64,000 nt of DNA, from the NCBI GenBank assembly GCA_018303005.1, contig JAGVYY010000031.1, forward strand, positions 24,994-88,993. Reading direction: 5' to 3'. The notes under the pieces are model-generated. The model was not told the origin of the DNA. It did not search any database and saw only the letters and a program-made list of their open reading frames with translations. Below, in pieces: positions 1-9,947 of the stretch; positions within the stretch are counted from its first letter, which is position 1; each line of letters opens with the position of its first letter. The position numbers and the translations under genes are program-made. The stretch comes from Candidatus Woesearchaeota archaeon (GTDB lineage: Archaea > Nanobdellota > Nanobdellia > SCGC-AAA011-G17 > GW2011-AR20).

Positions 1-852
1 TGGAACGTTCATTTCTCGGGCAATTTCTCTTAATATATGTTGATATCTTAGCTTGATTCTTGGAAGAACCATGTCTAGCTCTAAAGCATTTCCATAATTT
101 CCAGCCTTAAATTCTCTTAATGCTCTTTCTAACTCCTTCCTTACCTTTTTATCAGCTAATTCATCTAAGGCTTCTCCAAATTCACTCTTATGATACCCGG
201 ATCTTATACCAGGTTCCCAATCATAATGAACAACAGGCATAATCAAAATAGGTCTTGCATCATAATCTCTTGTTGTTTCTACCATATCTCTAAGATTCCT
301 TCTATAATCTTCAACACTTACTCTATACCCGTCACTTTCAGGAGTTGATTTCTTTCTATTTAATCTCACTTTATCTTCTTCTTTATTGTAGGTTGCATCA
401 TTATTTCCGAAATAGAAAGTTGTAAAATCAACATCAATGCCTTCACTAGCAAACCTTCTTAATAATTGCTCTAAATACTTCTTTCCTTGTAAGCTTGAAT
501 ATCCTGGAACTCCCCCATTAACAACTTTTAAATCAGTTTGCTCTTCCATTAACTGAGAATATGTTTTATATGTGAAAAATGGAGCATTTGGATTTTTATT
601 ACCTCTGTATATTCTATTACTATTCCATCCAGAAGTTGAAGAATCACCCATATTTATAACAATCCTGTCTCTCGCTTCAATATTTTCTATAATATCCTCT
701 ACCGAGACAAATTCTGTAGGGGTAATCAATTTCTTTTTTGGAAATACAAATCCTAAATTATCGTCACCATCATAGATCTTACTATCATATCCCATCATAA
801 ATGGATTATGTGAAAATCCACTAGGTAACAATCCCTTTAATTTTCTTATCAT
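1..852 (-). CDS. SGNH/GDSL-family hydrolase; 5' end is in the window (ATG at 852 on the reverse strand) and the ORF runs off the window edge at base 1
   Basis: The reverse-strand translation contains GDSST (block I), GNND (block III) and a later H-containing block. This ORF is absent from the supplied track because it has no stop inside the window. Confidence 0.55.
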   Translation of the reverse strand, partial: MIRKLKGLLPSGFSHNPFMMGYDSKIYDGDDNLGFVFPKKKLITPTEFVSVEDIIENIEARDRIVINMGDSSTSGWNSNRIYRGNKNPNAPFFTYKTYSQLMEEQTDLKVVNGGVPGYSSLQGKKYLEQLLRRFASEGIDVDFTTFYFGNNDATYNKEEDKVRLNRKKSTPESDGYRVSVEDYRRNLRDMVETTRDYDARPILIMPVVHYDWEPGIRSGYHKSEFGEALDELADKKVRKELERALREFKAGNYGNALELDMVLPRIKLRYQHILREIAREMNVP

Positions 853-949
853 ATAGTAGTAGTAACTAAATAAGTAGTATAAATATATTAACTCTCTCAA
901 TTGGGAGAGTAATAGAAAGATTTAAATATGCTAAAATTAACTAAAATTT

Positions 950-1660
950 ATGAATATTAAAGTATTAGAAGATTTAGGATTTTCAGATTCAGAAATAGAA
1001 ATTTATGGTTTTTTATTAGAATCTGGCTCAACCAAAGTAGGACCGATTATAGACAAATCCAATCTAGCTAGTTCTGTAGTCCATAGAGCCTTAAATTCTT
1101 TAAAAGATAAAGGTCTAATAAATTATATTAAAAAAGGTCTAATAAAATATTACCAAGCAGAAGATCCTAAAATCTTAATAGAATTTATAGAAAATAAGAA
1201 AAATGAGGTTCTAGATTTAGTAAAAGAACTAGAAATTAAAAAAATACCAAAAGAAAAACAGGAAGCTGAAATATTTGAAGGTATAAAAGGGATTACTTCC
1301 CTGTTATATGAACTAATTAAAGAGGGTAAAGAAGATGATGAATATTTATTTTTTACAGTAAATGTAGAAGAAGAAAATGAGGAAATACAAACATTTTTTA
1401 GAAAATATGATACTAAAAGAAAACAAAAAGCATTAATTGTAAAAGGATTAGCTTCTAAAAATTTAAAATCTTTATTTAAAGGAAGAAATCTAAAAATGAA
1501 ATTTACAGATTATCCAATTCCTTCCAATATAAGTATATGTAATAATAAGGTTGCTATATTTTCATGGGGAGATAAACCAATAGGATATTTAATCAGCTCA
1601 AAACAAATATCTAAAATGTTTACGGATTTGTTTCATTCGGTCTGGGGAATAGCAAAATGA
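950..1660 (+). CDS. TrmB-family winged-helix transcriptional regulator
   Basis: The N-terminus LGFSDSEIEIYGFLLESGSTKVGPI...VHRALNSLKDKGLI matches the TrmB HTH. The length is about 236 aa. Confidence 0.55.
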   Translation: MNIKVLEDLGFSDSEIEIYGFLLESGSTKVGPIIDKSNLASSVVHRALNSLKDKGLINYIKKGLIKYYQAEDPKILIEFIENKKNEVLDLVKELEIKKIPKEKQEAEIFEGIKGITSLLYELIKEGKEDDEYLFFTVNVEEENEEIQTFFRKYDTKRKQKALIVKGLASKNLKSLFKGRNLKMKFTDYPIPSNISICNNKVAIFSWGDKPIGYLISSKQISKMFTDLFHSVWGIAK

Positions 1661-1755
1661 TGATACTAACAGGGCAAGATATTATCAATACTTATAATAA
1701 AAGACAGCAAGAGCAATCAAGGCTTTATTTGGAATATAAAAAAATAAAAAAATAA

Positions 1756-2730
1756 AATCCAAAGCACGGCTACAAAAAAATTGCAAAAATTTTACGTCAA
1801 CCGTACGGAAAAACAAGATGGTGGCATGCAAACAAACACATCCCCATACCAATTCAAACAATCAAATGGCTAAAGAAAAGGAAATTAATTCCTTTAAATA
1901 AAAACAATGAAAGACTTTCCCTAATCTCAAAAATTCTAGGAACAACCATTGGAGACGAGCGAATCTTTGGAAATCTAAATGGAATTTTCCTATCAAGTTC
2001 AGAATTAGAATCGGTAAAAGAATTTGAGAAAGATTTGGAAGCAATTTTCGGAAAAGAAATAAAGAAAAACTCAAGGGTTATTGAAGGAGGAGGATACGGT
2101 CATTCATGGTGTTATCAAAATACAAACAGAAATGTAATAAGGTTCTTCAAAGCATTAAGGTCGCCAATAGGAAGAAAGTCAGACAAAGAGTTCCAAATTC
2201 CAAAATGGATATATTACGATCAAAAAGCTGAAGATTACTTTTTCAGTTCATTTTTCGGAAATGAAATAGGCATACCAAAGATACACAAGGATATCAAAAG
2301 AACAAATTCTTTAGACATCGGCCTAGTTTGCAAAAAGGACCAATATAAAAATAGAATGGATTTTCTAAAAAAGATTCAAGATTATCTAAAATCTAAAGAT
2401 ATCAAAGCAGATAAAATATATGCAAGACAACACAAAAATGATAAAAATAGTTTTCTCATAAAATTAGCACTAAATTTAAATTTTGATAATCTAATGAACT
2501 TCTATACAAATATAAAGAGATCATATTCAAAAAGAAAAGAAGAAAAATTAATAAATACGTTAAATGATTTAAAAGATATAAAATTACAAAGATTTAATAG
2601 CCTTTCAAATATGTATAATAAATTAACCAAAAGAAACTATTCAAAGGAATGGATTAAAAATAACTTAAGGTTAACAGAAAAATCTTTAAACTTTATCTTA
2701 AAACAAGAGAATCTGGAAAAATGGAACTAA
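1756..2730 (+). other. Intein remnant: a degenerate LAGLIDADG-type homing-endonuclease region (ILGTTIGDE and FFSSFFGNEIG blocks). It has no start codon and no N-terminal splicing blocks A/B
   Basis: The frame is open from 1756 and has no ATG until a TTG at 2035. It ends at 2730 but overlaps the intein C-terminal block in the next frame (a frame change near 2664-2730 in an A-rich run). Confidence 0.45.
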
Positions 2731-4079
2731 AATCAGAAAAAATAAAAAAAATAGAGAAAATTAAATATGAAGGATATTTATACAATTTAACAACAGAAAC
2801 AGGCAATCTTTTTGCAAATGGAATTTTAGTTAAAAATTCTGGTGGTTTAGGAACTCCTGCTTATGAGCGTTTAATTCCCGGTATGATCCATAGGTCTAAC
2901 GGTGGCGTCCTTTTTATAGATGAAATTGCTAATTTAAGACCTGAATCACAGCAAGAACTTCTAACAGCCATACAGGAAAAAAAATATCCAATAACAGGCC
3001 AATCAGAAAGATCAAGCGGTGCCATGACAAGATCAGAGCCAGTGCCTTGCGATTTTGTATTGATAGCATCTGGAAATCCAGAAACAATAAAAAAAATACA
3101 CCCTGCCTTAAGATCAAGGATAAGGGGTTATGGTTATGAAGTATATATGAACTCCACCATTGAAGACAATGAAGAAAATAGGGAAAAAATGGCCCAGTTT
3201 ATAGCACAAGAAGTGAAAAAAGATACAAAAATACCACACTTCACAAAAGATGCAGTATTGTCAATACTAGAAGAGTCTCGGAAAAGAGCAGGAAGATCAG
3301 GAAAGTTAACATTAAGGTTAAGAGAATTGGGGGGTCTAATAAGAGCAGCCGGCGATTTAGCACTTGAAGAAAAGTCAAAGTATGTACTACCTATACATAT
3401 AGAAAAAGCAAAATCCCTGGCAAGGACATTAGAACAGCAGATGGCAGATAGATATATAGAACATAAAAAAGAATATCAGATGATAGTAACACAAGGCACA
3501 TTAATAGGTAGGGTAAATGGTTTGGCAGTTTTAGGTTCTGAAAATTATTTTTCAGGAATTGTTCTACCAATAGAATCTGAAATAACTCCAGGGGGTAAAA
3601 AATCAGAGATAATCGCAACAGGCCAATTGGGAAAAATAGCAAAGGAAGCAGTAAAAAATGTTTCAGCAATCATATTGAAATATTTTGGAGAGGACATAAA
3701 AGAAAAATATGATGTTTTTGTGCAGTTTGTTCAGACATCAGAATCAGGTGTAGAAGGAGATTCAGCATCAATAGCAGTGGCAACAGCAATTGTATCGGCA
3801 TTAACAAAAGCACCTATAAAGCAAGATTTTGCCATGACAGGTTCATTATCAATAAAGGGTGAGGTTCTGGCAGTAGGAGGGGTTACACAAAAAATAGAAG
3901 CAGCCATTGAAGCAGGCATCGCAAATGTTATAATTCCAAAATCAAATGAAAAAGATATTGTTTTGTCAGAGAGTCAGTTGAAAAAGATAAAAATAATTCC
4001 TCTATCAACAATACAAGAGGTTCTTAAATTAGCCCTGGATTGGACAAATAAAAAAAATCTACTTAAAAAATTACAGTAG
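2721..4079 (+). CDS. lonB: Archaeal LonB protease, C-terminal part. An intein C-terminal splicing block ([21 protein letters not shown]|S) is followed by the Walker B motif, sensor and Ser-Lys protease domain. Walker A and the N-extein are absent from this locus
   Basis: [12 protein letters not shown] is the Walker B motif. [18 protein letters not shown] holds the catalytic Ser, with a downstream Lys. Blocks F/G of the intein sit at residues about 15-39. Confidence 0.8.
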   Translation: MELKSEKIKKIEKIKYEGYLYNLTTETGNLFANGILVKNSGGLGTPAYERLIPGMIHRSNGGVLFIDEIANLRPESQQELLTAIQEKKYPITGQSERSSGAMTRSEPVPCDFVLIASGNPETIKKIHPALRSRIRGYGYEVYMNSTIEDNEENREKMAQFIAQEVKKDTKIPHFTKDAVLSILEESRKRAGRSGKLTLRLRELGGLIRAAGDLALEEKSKYVLPIHIEKAKSLARTLEQQMADRYIEHKKEYQMIVTQGTLIGRVNGLAVLGSENYFSGIVLPIESEITPGGKKSEIIATGQLGKIAKEAVKNVSAIILKYFGEDIKEKYDVFVQFVQTSESGVEGDSASIAVATAIVSALTKAPIKQDFAMTGSLSIKGEVLAVGGVTQKIEAAIEAGIANVIIPKSNEKDIVLSESQLKKIKIIPLSTIQEVLKLALDWTNKKNLLKKLQ

Positions 4080-4107
4080 TAATCCAAATAATTAATTATC
4101 TTTAAAA

Positions 4108-4386
4108 TCAAGAAATTTCCTTATAGAATTTAAGCATATTTTGAGGTATCCTCCATTTCACTCTTTTTTCATATTTTTTCCCTTTCATATTTTTTACAAT
4201 TCTTTCCACTAATCCATTCTTTTCCATCTCTATCAATAACTGTTTGGTAAATTCTTTATCTCTTCTTAATTCAAAAGCAATCTCTTTGGTAAACATAGCC
4301 TTTAAAGGGTTTTCATACAGAATAGAGCTTATGTCTGCTTTTAGAGCCAATCTTGTTTTTTCTGATAGCCTAACCATCTTACACAC
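4108..4386 (-). CDS. Small winged-helix DNA-binding protein (putative regulator)
   Basis: 92 aa ORF with an HTH-like segment KEIAFELRRDKEFTKQLLIEMEKNGLV. Confidence 0.35.
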   Translation of the reverse strand: MCKMVRLSEKTRLALKADISSILYENPLKAMFTKEIAFELRRDKEFTKQLLIEMEKNGLVERIVKNMKGKKYEKRVKWRIPQNMLKFYKEIS

Positions 4387-4489
4387 AAATAACTCTAAAA
4401 ATAACTCTAAATATATAAATTATTCTACTAGGCGTTATAACGCTCATACAAATAAGCAGTTTTTTATATCTTAATATTATCTCAAGAAA

Positions 4490-6199
4490 ATGCAGGTCTT
4501 CAAAAATGAAGTAATCAATCTAGTAGAACAGATTACAGGATTAAAAAAAGAAAAAATAATTGTTTTGTTAGAACATCCTTCAGACCCATCTTTCGGAGAT
4601 CTTTCTCTCCCGTGCTTCTCTTTAACAACCATATATAAAAAAAATCCGGCCGATATCGCCAAAAGTCTAATGTCAGATGCAATTGTTTTAAAAAAATCAA
4701 CAATAAGAAGGATAGATGCAAAAGGGCCATATCTGAACTTTTTCATAAACTACAACGAGTTTGCACAATTAATTCTTAAAACAATATTAAGAGAGAAACA
4801 GCATTATGGAAGATTAAAAGGCAAGGAAGAAAAGATTATGATAGAGTACAGTTCCCCAAACACAAATAAGCCATTACACATAGGTCATTTAAGAAATGAC
4901 TCTTTAGGTATGTCGCTCTCAAACATATTGGGGTTCTCTAATCGTAAAGTGATAAGAACAGCAGTGATAAATGACAGGGGCGTCCATATCTGTAAATCAA
5001 TGTTAGCTTATAAAAAATGGGGGAATAACAAAACTCCTCAATCAACAAACACAAAATCAGATCATTTTGTAGGCTCTTTTTATGTGTTGTTTGAACAAAA
5101 ATTAAAAGAAAATCCAAATCTAGAGAGAGAAATCCACGATATGCTAAATAAATGGGAAAATAATGATAGGGGAACAAGAGAATTATGGAAGAAAATGAAC
5201 ACCTGGGTCTTGGCAGGTATGAAAAAGACATACGCTCTTTATGGGTCAAAATTTGATTTTTGGACATTCGAAAGCAACATATATGATAAAGCAAAAGAAA
5301 TAGTGAATGAAGGAATCAAAAAAAATATCTTTTCAAAAAATGAGAAAGGTGATTATATTGTTGATTTAGAACCAGAACTTCCTAATAAAGTCGTCCTAAG
5401 ATCTGATGGAACTTCAGTATATATTACACAAGATATAGCATTGGCCGAATTAAGGTTCAAAAAATACAAGATAAAAAGGTTAATCTATGTAGTGGCATCA
5501 GAACAGGTTTTACATTTTAAACAACTCTTCAGAATTTTAAGTTTGCTCGGATATGACTACTGCAAAGATTGTTACCATCTGTCTTATGGGCTTGTTAATT
5601 TACCAACGGGAAGAATGAAGACAAGAGAAGGAACAGTGGTTGATGCAGATGATCTGATAGAACAAGAGATTGAATTAGCCAAGAAAGAGATATTACAACG
5701 GAACAAAAATATAAAAAAGAAGGAGTTAGAGGAAAACTCATTGAAGATTGCCCTCTCAGCAATAAAATATTATCTCCTTAAAACAGATCCCATAAAAGAC
5801 ATATTGTTCGATTCAGAAAAAGCAATAAGATTTGAAGGCGATACAGGACCGTACGTATTATACACAATCGCCAGATGTAATAGTTTACTTGAAAAAACAA
5901 AAGAAAGCAAAGAAAGGTTCTTATCAATAGAAATTAATGATGAAGAAAGTCAGATAATAAAAAAATTGTCATTATTTCAGGATATTTTAGAGAAGGCAAC
6001 TACAGATTTAAAACCAAGTTATATTTGTGTTTATACATCAGAGTTAGCAACATTATTCAATAATTTTTATGAAAAACATAGGGTCATCGATATAGAAAAC
6101 AACACAAAAGGGTTCAGGATTGCAATTGTCAAGTCAACAAAACAAGTGTTGGAGATTTGCTTACACCTTCTTAACATCCAGTCAGTGAAACATATGTGA
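4490..6199 (+). CDS. argS: Arginyl-tRNA synthetase
   Basis: The class I HIGH motif is present (SSPNTNKPLHIGHLRN). The protein ends in Met, as ArgRS typically does. 569 aa. Confidence 0.9.
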   Translation: MQVFKNEVINLVEQITGLKKEKIIVLLEHPSDPSFGDLSLPCFSLTTIYKKNPADIAKSLMSDAIVLKKSTIRRIDAKGPYLNFFINYNEFAQLILKTILREKQHYGRLKGKEEKIMIEYSSPNTNKPLHIGHLRNDSLGMSLSNILGFSNRKVIRTAVINDRGVHICKSMLAYKKWGNNKTPQSTNTKSDHFVGSFYVLFEQKLKENPNLEREIHDMLNKWENNDRGTRELWKKMNTWVLAGMKKTYALYGSKFDFWTFESNIYDKAKEIVNEGIKKNIFSKNEKGDYIVDLEPELPNKVVLRSDGTSVYITQDIALAELRFKKYKIKRLIYVVASEQVLHFKQLFRILSLLGYDYCKDCYHLSYGLVNLPTGRMKTREGTVVDADDLIEQEIELAKKEILQRNKNIKKKELEENSLKIALSAIKYYLLKTDPIKDILFDSEKAIRFEGDTGPYVLYTIARCNSLLEKTKESKERFLSIEINDEESQIIKKLSLFQDILEKATTDLKPSYICVYTSELATLFNNFYEKHRVIDIENNTKGFRIAIVKSTKQVLEICLHLLNIQSVKHM

Positions 6200-6351
6200 T
6201 GGGGTTCTGTTAAGTTAATTAATGTTTTATAAATAAAGCCTCTTTTCAAAAGATATTAAAATGAAGTTCTTCCCGAGAAAGAAGGTCATATCAACCTAAA
6301 ATAACTCTAAAAATTAATCAGCATTACTTAAGTTAACACTTCCTGTGATGG

Positions 6352-6366
6352 AAAGGTTTATATAAA
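6352..6366 (+). promoter_or_regulatory. Archaeal BRE/TATA promoter AAAGGTTTATATAAA, about 22 nt upstream of the ATG at 6386 (near-leaderless)
   Basis: The same AAAGGTTTATAwATA motif recurs upstream of several genes (6352, 9601, 11175, 17541, 26469). Confidence 0.5.
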
Positions 6367-6385
6367 TTGTTTAAATAGCAAAAAA

Positions 6386-6820
6386 ATGCAAGTAATAGGT
6401 TTTAACATAGAAAAGATAGAAGCAGAAAAGACAGTCCAGGAAGTCAGAGATTTAAAGGTAAAATACAATACAAACATAAAATCTGTAACCTTGGAAGAGA
6501 TGAATATAGGAAAAAAACAAGAGGTTTTAAGGGTTAATTTTCAATTTAAAGTTGAATATGACCCAAACATAGGGAATATTTCTTTTACAGGCCATGTACT
6601 AATCTTAGAAGATCCTAAAAAAGCAAAAGTAATAATAGAGCAATGGAATAAAAATCAGGACAATACCACCCCATTTTCTGTTCAGGTAATTAATATAATT
6701 CTTATAAGGGCGAATATAAAAGCATTGCTAATAGCACAGGAAGTTAATCTACCTCCCCACATACCAATGCCGCGGTTGGCACCAAACAAGAATATTAGGC
6801 CAGATAACTACATTGGTTGA
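6386..6820 (+). CDS. Hypothetical protein
   Basis: 144 aa ORF preceded by the promoter motif. No recognisable domain. Confidence 0.4.
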   Translation: MQVIGFNIEKIEAEKTVQEVRDLKVKYNTNIKSVTLEEMNIGKKQEVLRVNFQFKVEYDPNIGNISFTGHVLILEDPKKAKVIIEQWNKNQDNTTPFSVQVINIILIRANIKALLIAQEVNLPPHIPMPRLAPNKNIRPDNYIG

Positions 6821-6951
6821 TCCTACCAAAACAACACATCATTTATTATATATTCCATAACTAACAAAAATAGCTTACATCCTCATTCCATTAATTCCAA
6901 CCCAAGATATAGTATTTATATTCAAAAACAAACAACAATCAACAATAATCA

Positions 6952-7527
6952 ATGATCAACAACCAAGAACAAAGGATAAAGAATTCTTTTTCAAAGGTCA
7001 AAAATGAGATAGACACAATAAAAAACCAATTAAAAGCCCTAGATAGCAAAATAACCCAATTAATCCAAGAATCATCAAAAACAACCACTCACCATCCAAA
7101 AGACATTTTTTTTGATATTTCCAGTGGAAATGAAGGGGTAATCAACAATCAACAACAATCAACAACAATCAACAATGATAATCAAAAGCCAATAATAAGC
7201 CTAAAAAAAGAGCTTAACGATCAATTCAAAAACCTCACAGATAGGGAATTTTCCATCTTCCTAGCCATATACTCCATCGAGGAAGAGATAGGAAAAGCAG
7301 TTGTTTTATCAGATATAGCCAATAAGTTAAAGATATCAGAAATCACTATCAGGGGATATCTAAACTCATTAATTTCTAAGAATTTACCAATTATCAAAGA
7401 AAGACCATTTAATCGGAAATTGCAACTCTCAATAACCAAGGAATTTAGAGATCTAACTCTCATTTCCAGGATAATTTCAATAAGGAATAGGTCAAATACG
7501 TCTCAAAAAACTCTTTTTGACACATGA
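6952..7527 (+). CDS. Coiled-coil protein with a C-terminal winged-helix domain (putative DNA-binding)
   Basis: The N-terminal half is a predicted coiled coil with N/Q-rich low complexity. The C-terminal segment LTDREFSIFLAIYSIEEEIGKAVVLSDIANKLKISEITIRGYLNSL looks like a wHTH. Confidence 0.45.
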   Translation: MINNQEQRIKNSFSKVKNEIDTIKNQLKALDSKITQLIQESSKTTTHHPKDIFFDISSGNEGVINNQQQSTTINNDNQKPIISLKKELNDQFKNLTDREFSIFLAIYSIEEEIGKAVVLSDIANKLKISEITIRGYLNSLISKNLPIIKERPFNRKLQLSITKEFRDLTLISRIISIRNRSNTSQKTLFDT

Positions 7528-7639
7528 TTCAACTCTCAAAGTCAGCAATAACAAAAGATGGATCACAATTCAGCAACTAATCTCTAAATATAAAACTCAT
7601 AATATCTCAATACGTCTACGAACTTCGAAGACGTCTACG

Positions 7640-7676
7640 ACATGTCTACAGACGTCTAAGACGTCTGTAGACATGT
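7640..7676. repeat. Perfect 18-bp inverted repeat with a 1-nt spacer (ACATGTCTACAGACGTCT a AGACGTCTGTAGACATGT), preceded by two direct ACGTCTACGA repeats at 7611-7640
   Basis: Read directly from the sequence. It lies about 45 nt upstream of the ORF starting at 7719 and is relatively GC-rich in an AT-rich intergenic region. Confidence 0.8.
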
Positions 7677-7718
7677 AAAATAGTAAGATATTTATATATA
7701 AACAATGTTACAAAGTAT

Positions 7719-8336
7719 ATGGTTTGGTGGATATTTAGAAGAAAAAGAGTAGATGAACAGCAACTGCAAAACTTAATAATCAATCTAAGATACTCTTTCA
7801 ATAACATTAAGAAAGATATTGCAGCAATACACAATCAAATAAAAAGATTAGAAGACACAGATGATAATATAGAAAAAAGAGTATCATCATTAGACACCAC
7901 AATATCAAATTTAGAGCCTAAATTTAAACAAATAGAATATAACTCTAGGAGGTATACAAAAGAAAAGATTACTAAACCTGATTTAGACATAAAAGATCAA
8001 AACCATTCTCATAGCATAATAAAATCATTAACTACAACACAGCAAGAGATATTTAGAACAATCTATACAATACAACACCAATTAGAAACAGAAGATGTTT
8101 CCATTAAATCATTAGCAAAGGTATATTATCCTGATAAAAAATACTCCGATGTAAGATCAACAATATCTGAATATTTAACGATACTCTCAACACTAGGTTT
8201 GGTTTCAAAAAAAAGGAAAGGAAAGGAAACCTTTGTTAGTCTCACAAACATCGGATCAAAAGCTATCGAACAGATTAAAAAAAAGTATGAAGAAAAAGAA
8301 GATTCAGATAAAAATGAACCAGAATATACTCAATAA
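7719..8336 (+). CDS. Coiled-coil plus wHTH protein, paralogous in architecture to the 6952-7527 ORF
   Basis: N-terminal coiled coil. C-terminal LTTTQQEIFRTIYTIQHQLETEDVSIKSLAKVYY...LSTLGLVSKKRKGKETFVSLTNIG resembles a MarR-like wHTH. Confidence 0.45.
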   Translation: MVWWIFRRKRVDEQQLQNLIINLRYSFNNIKKDIAAIHNQIKRLEDTDDNIEKRVSSLDTTISNLEPKFKQIEYNSRRYTKEKITKPDLDIKDQNHSHSIIKSLTTTQQEIFRTIYTIQHQLETEDVSIKSLAKVYYPDKKYSDVRSTISEYLTILSTLGLVSKKRKGKETFVSLTNIGSKAIEQIKKKYEEKEDSDKNEPEYTQ

Positions 8337-8739
8337 TTTGAATTTGAATTATGAAGAACTATTTCAAATAGCAGTTTCAGTATTGGAGAATATAATACCA
8401 TTACACCAAATATATGGAGATGTATCATCCAAAGATAATCTTGGTATTATTTCAATAAGTGAAGCCTACATCTCCAAATCCATCTTTTTATGTGAAAAAT
8501 ATCAGGATAAGATTGAAAAATACACTGAGGAATTGGTTTCTATATTTGACATATCTGAAGAAGGCAGTCTACTTGAAAAAGAATTATCAGAAGTTTTTAA
8601 ATTATCTTATGTTATAAACTATATAGCGAATTTTGAGAAAGGTGAAGACAAACAAGATATATTGAGAACAGCATCTTCCTGGGATAGATATACACAAATT
8701 AAAAATAAAGAAAGACAAAAATATTTAATCATGGTTTGA
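8314..8739 (+). CDS. Hypothetical protein
   Basis: ATG at 8314, overlapping the end of the upstream ORF. The track entry begins at an alternative TTG at 8233. Confidence 0.35.
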   Translation: MNQNILNNLNLNYEELFQIAVSVLENIIPLHQIYGDVSSKDNLGIISISEAYISKSIFLCEKYQDKIEKYTEELVSIFDISEEGSLLEKELSEVFKLSYVINYIANFEKGEDKQDILRTASSWDRYTQIKNKERQKYLIMV

Positions 8740-8895
8740 ATTTTTTATAAAAACAAGCTCTTAGGTTGTTAGGTCTTTGTAGAAATTATCAACATTAAAA
8801 GGTACACACATCTGATATTAAAACTTTTAAGCATTGACAAAAGATTATCTAAACATAGAAAGATTTAAATATATTACATTTATTACATTTAAACT

Positions 8896-9147
8896 ATGGA
8901 AGAAGTTACGATTTCATTAAGGGTAGATAAAGAAGTACATAAAAAAATGAAATTACATGATGAAATAAACTGGAGCGCCTTATTAAGGAAATCAATAATA
9001 AAAACAATTGAGGATTTTGACTTTATTGATAAAGAAAGAGCAGAAAAAGCAGCTTTAAGTATGGATAAATTGAGGAAAGTAAATGCATTTTCTTCTGGAA
9101 AAGAAAGTGTTCAGGTCATTAGAGAATGGAGAAACAGACGAAAATAA
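8896..9147 (+). CDS. vapB: VapB-like antitoxin
   Basis: 83 aa. It overlaps the downstream PIN gene by a few nucleotides. A paralog is at 13327-13551. Confidence 0.55.
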   Translation: MEEVTISLRVDKEVHKKMKLHDEINWSALLRKSIIKTIEDFDFIDKERAEKAALSMDKLRKVNAFSSGKESVQVIREWRNRRK

Positions 9148-9524
9148 TAGATGCATCAATAGTTGTAAAATGGTTTGTTGATGAAGAGAATAGTAAAAAG
9201 GCTTTAGATATAAGAAACGACCATATTAATGGGAACATAAAAATTATAGTACCAGATCTTACCTTCATAGAAGTGTTAAATGCTCTTAAATATAAAGGAA
9301 AAACAGAAGAAGATTTAAAAGAAGCAAATAAGGATTTATGGGACATTCAATTACAGATAATAAAAACAACTTCTTTCACTTTAAACAAAGCAATAGAAAT
9401 AGCATTAAAACATGACATAACACTATACGATGCGCTATACATATCATTAAGCACAATATATGGTTGTCCTTTAATAACAGCAGATAAAAAATTAGCAGAT
9501 CTCCCAAATGTTCAGCTTATCTAA
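9126..9524 (+). CDS. vapC: PIN-domain VapC toxin
   Basis: KIIDASIVVKWFVDEE...ITADKKL carries the PIN acidic residues. It is translationally coupled to the upstream antitoxin. Confidence 0.8.
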   Translation: MEKQTKIIDASIVVKWFVDEENSKKALDIRNDHINGNIKIIVPDLTFIEVLNALKYKGKTEEDLKEANKDLWDIQLQIIKTTSFTLNKAIEIALKHDITLYDALYISLSTIYGCPLITADKKLADLPNVQLI

Positions 9525-9531
9525 GTGATAA

Positions 9532-9615
9532 TTAAAACTTTTAAGCAAAGATAAAATACTAAACTTCTACAATAAAAACTATAAAGTAGTAACAAAGCGA
9601 AAGGTTTATAAATAA
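9532..9615 (+). repeat. About 84-bp direct repeat, copy 1 (TTAAAACTTTTAAGCAAAGATAAAATACTAAACTTCTACAATAAAAACTATAAAGTAGTAACAAAgCGAAAGGTTTATAA)
   Basis: It matches 11106-11188 almost exactly, with 1 mismatch. It contains the palindrome TTAAAAcTTTTAA and a BRE/TATA-like end. Confidence 0.85.
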
Positions 9616-9947
9616 GTCTCTAATATTTTAACAAGATTAAATGAAATAATGGAGTTAAAATGGAACAACCAGAATATTTTAAGGGTTTAACAAATAGAGA
9701 TTATGTTCTTTTGCATAATCATCTTACAACACCAGTAGTTATGATGACATAAATAAGGAATTATTAAATTTTCCCCAAGGATCTATAAGGTTTGGGCCTG
9801 CTCTAGACCCAAGGTCGGGGGATTATCACCAAAGTCGGCAAAGATTTTTAATAGGATTATATATAACAAATACCCAATGTAAATCGGTAATTTTATGTGA
9901 CGGTAAACCAATAATATTAGAGGAAGCAATTGAAAAAGCAAAAATAA

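Noticed and set aside
572-775. 67-aa plus-strand ORF at the window start
   Set aside because: It lies antisense within the SGNH hydrolase gene, which continues off the window edge. Its low-complexity hydrophobic translation is typical of spurious AT-rich ORFs.
6930-7180. Tandem CAACAATCAA repeats as a possible satellite or mobile-element terminus
   Set aside because: They are in-frame codon repeats that encode N/Q-rich low-complexity segments of the 6952-7527 protein. They are not independent repeat elements.
7611-7676. Possible CRISPR array given repeated GACGTCT-containing units
   Set aside because: The units are irregular in length and spacing. They form one large palindrome plus two short direct repeats. 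There is no repeat-spacer periodicity and no cas genes nearby.
9616-9947. Possible small gene or ncRNA in the 330-nt gap after the first 84-bp repeat, with a GC-richer hairpin around 9790-9830
   Set aside because: Only a 30-codon ORF (9660-9752) with no recognisable features. The hairpin is short. The evidence is too weak to call a feature.
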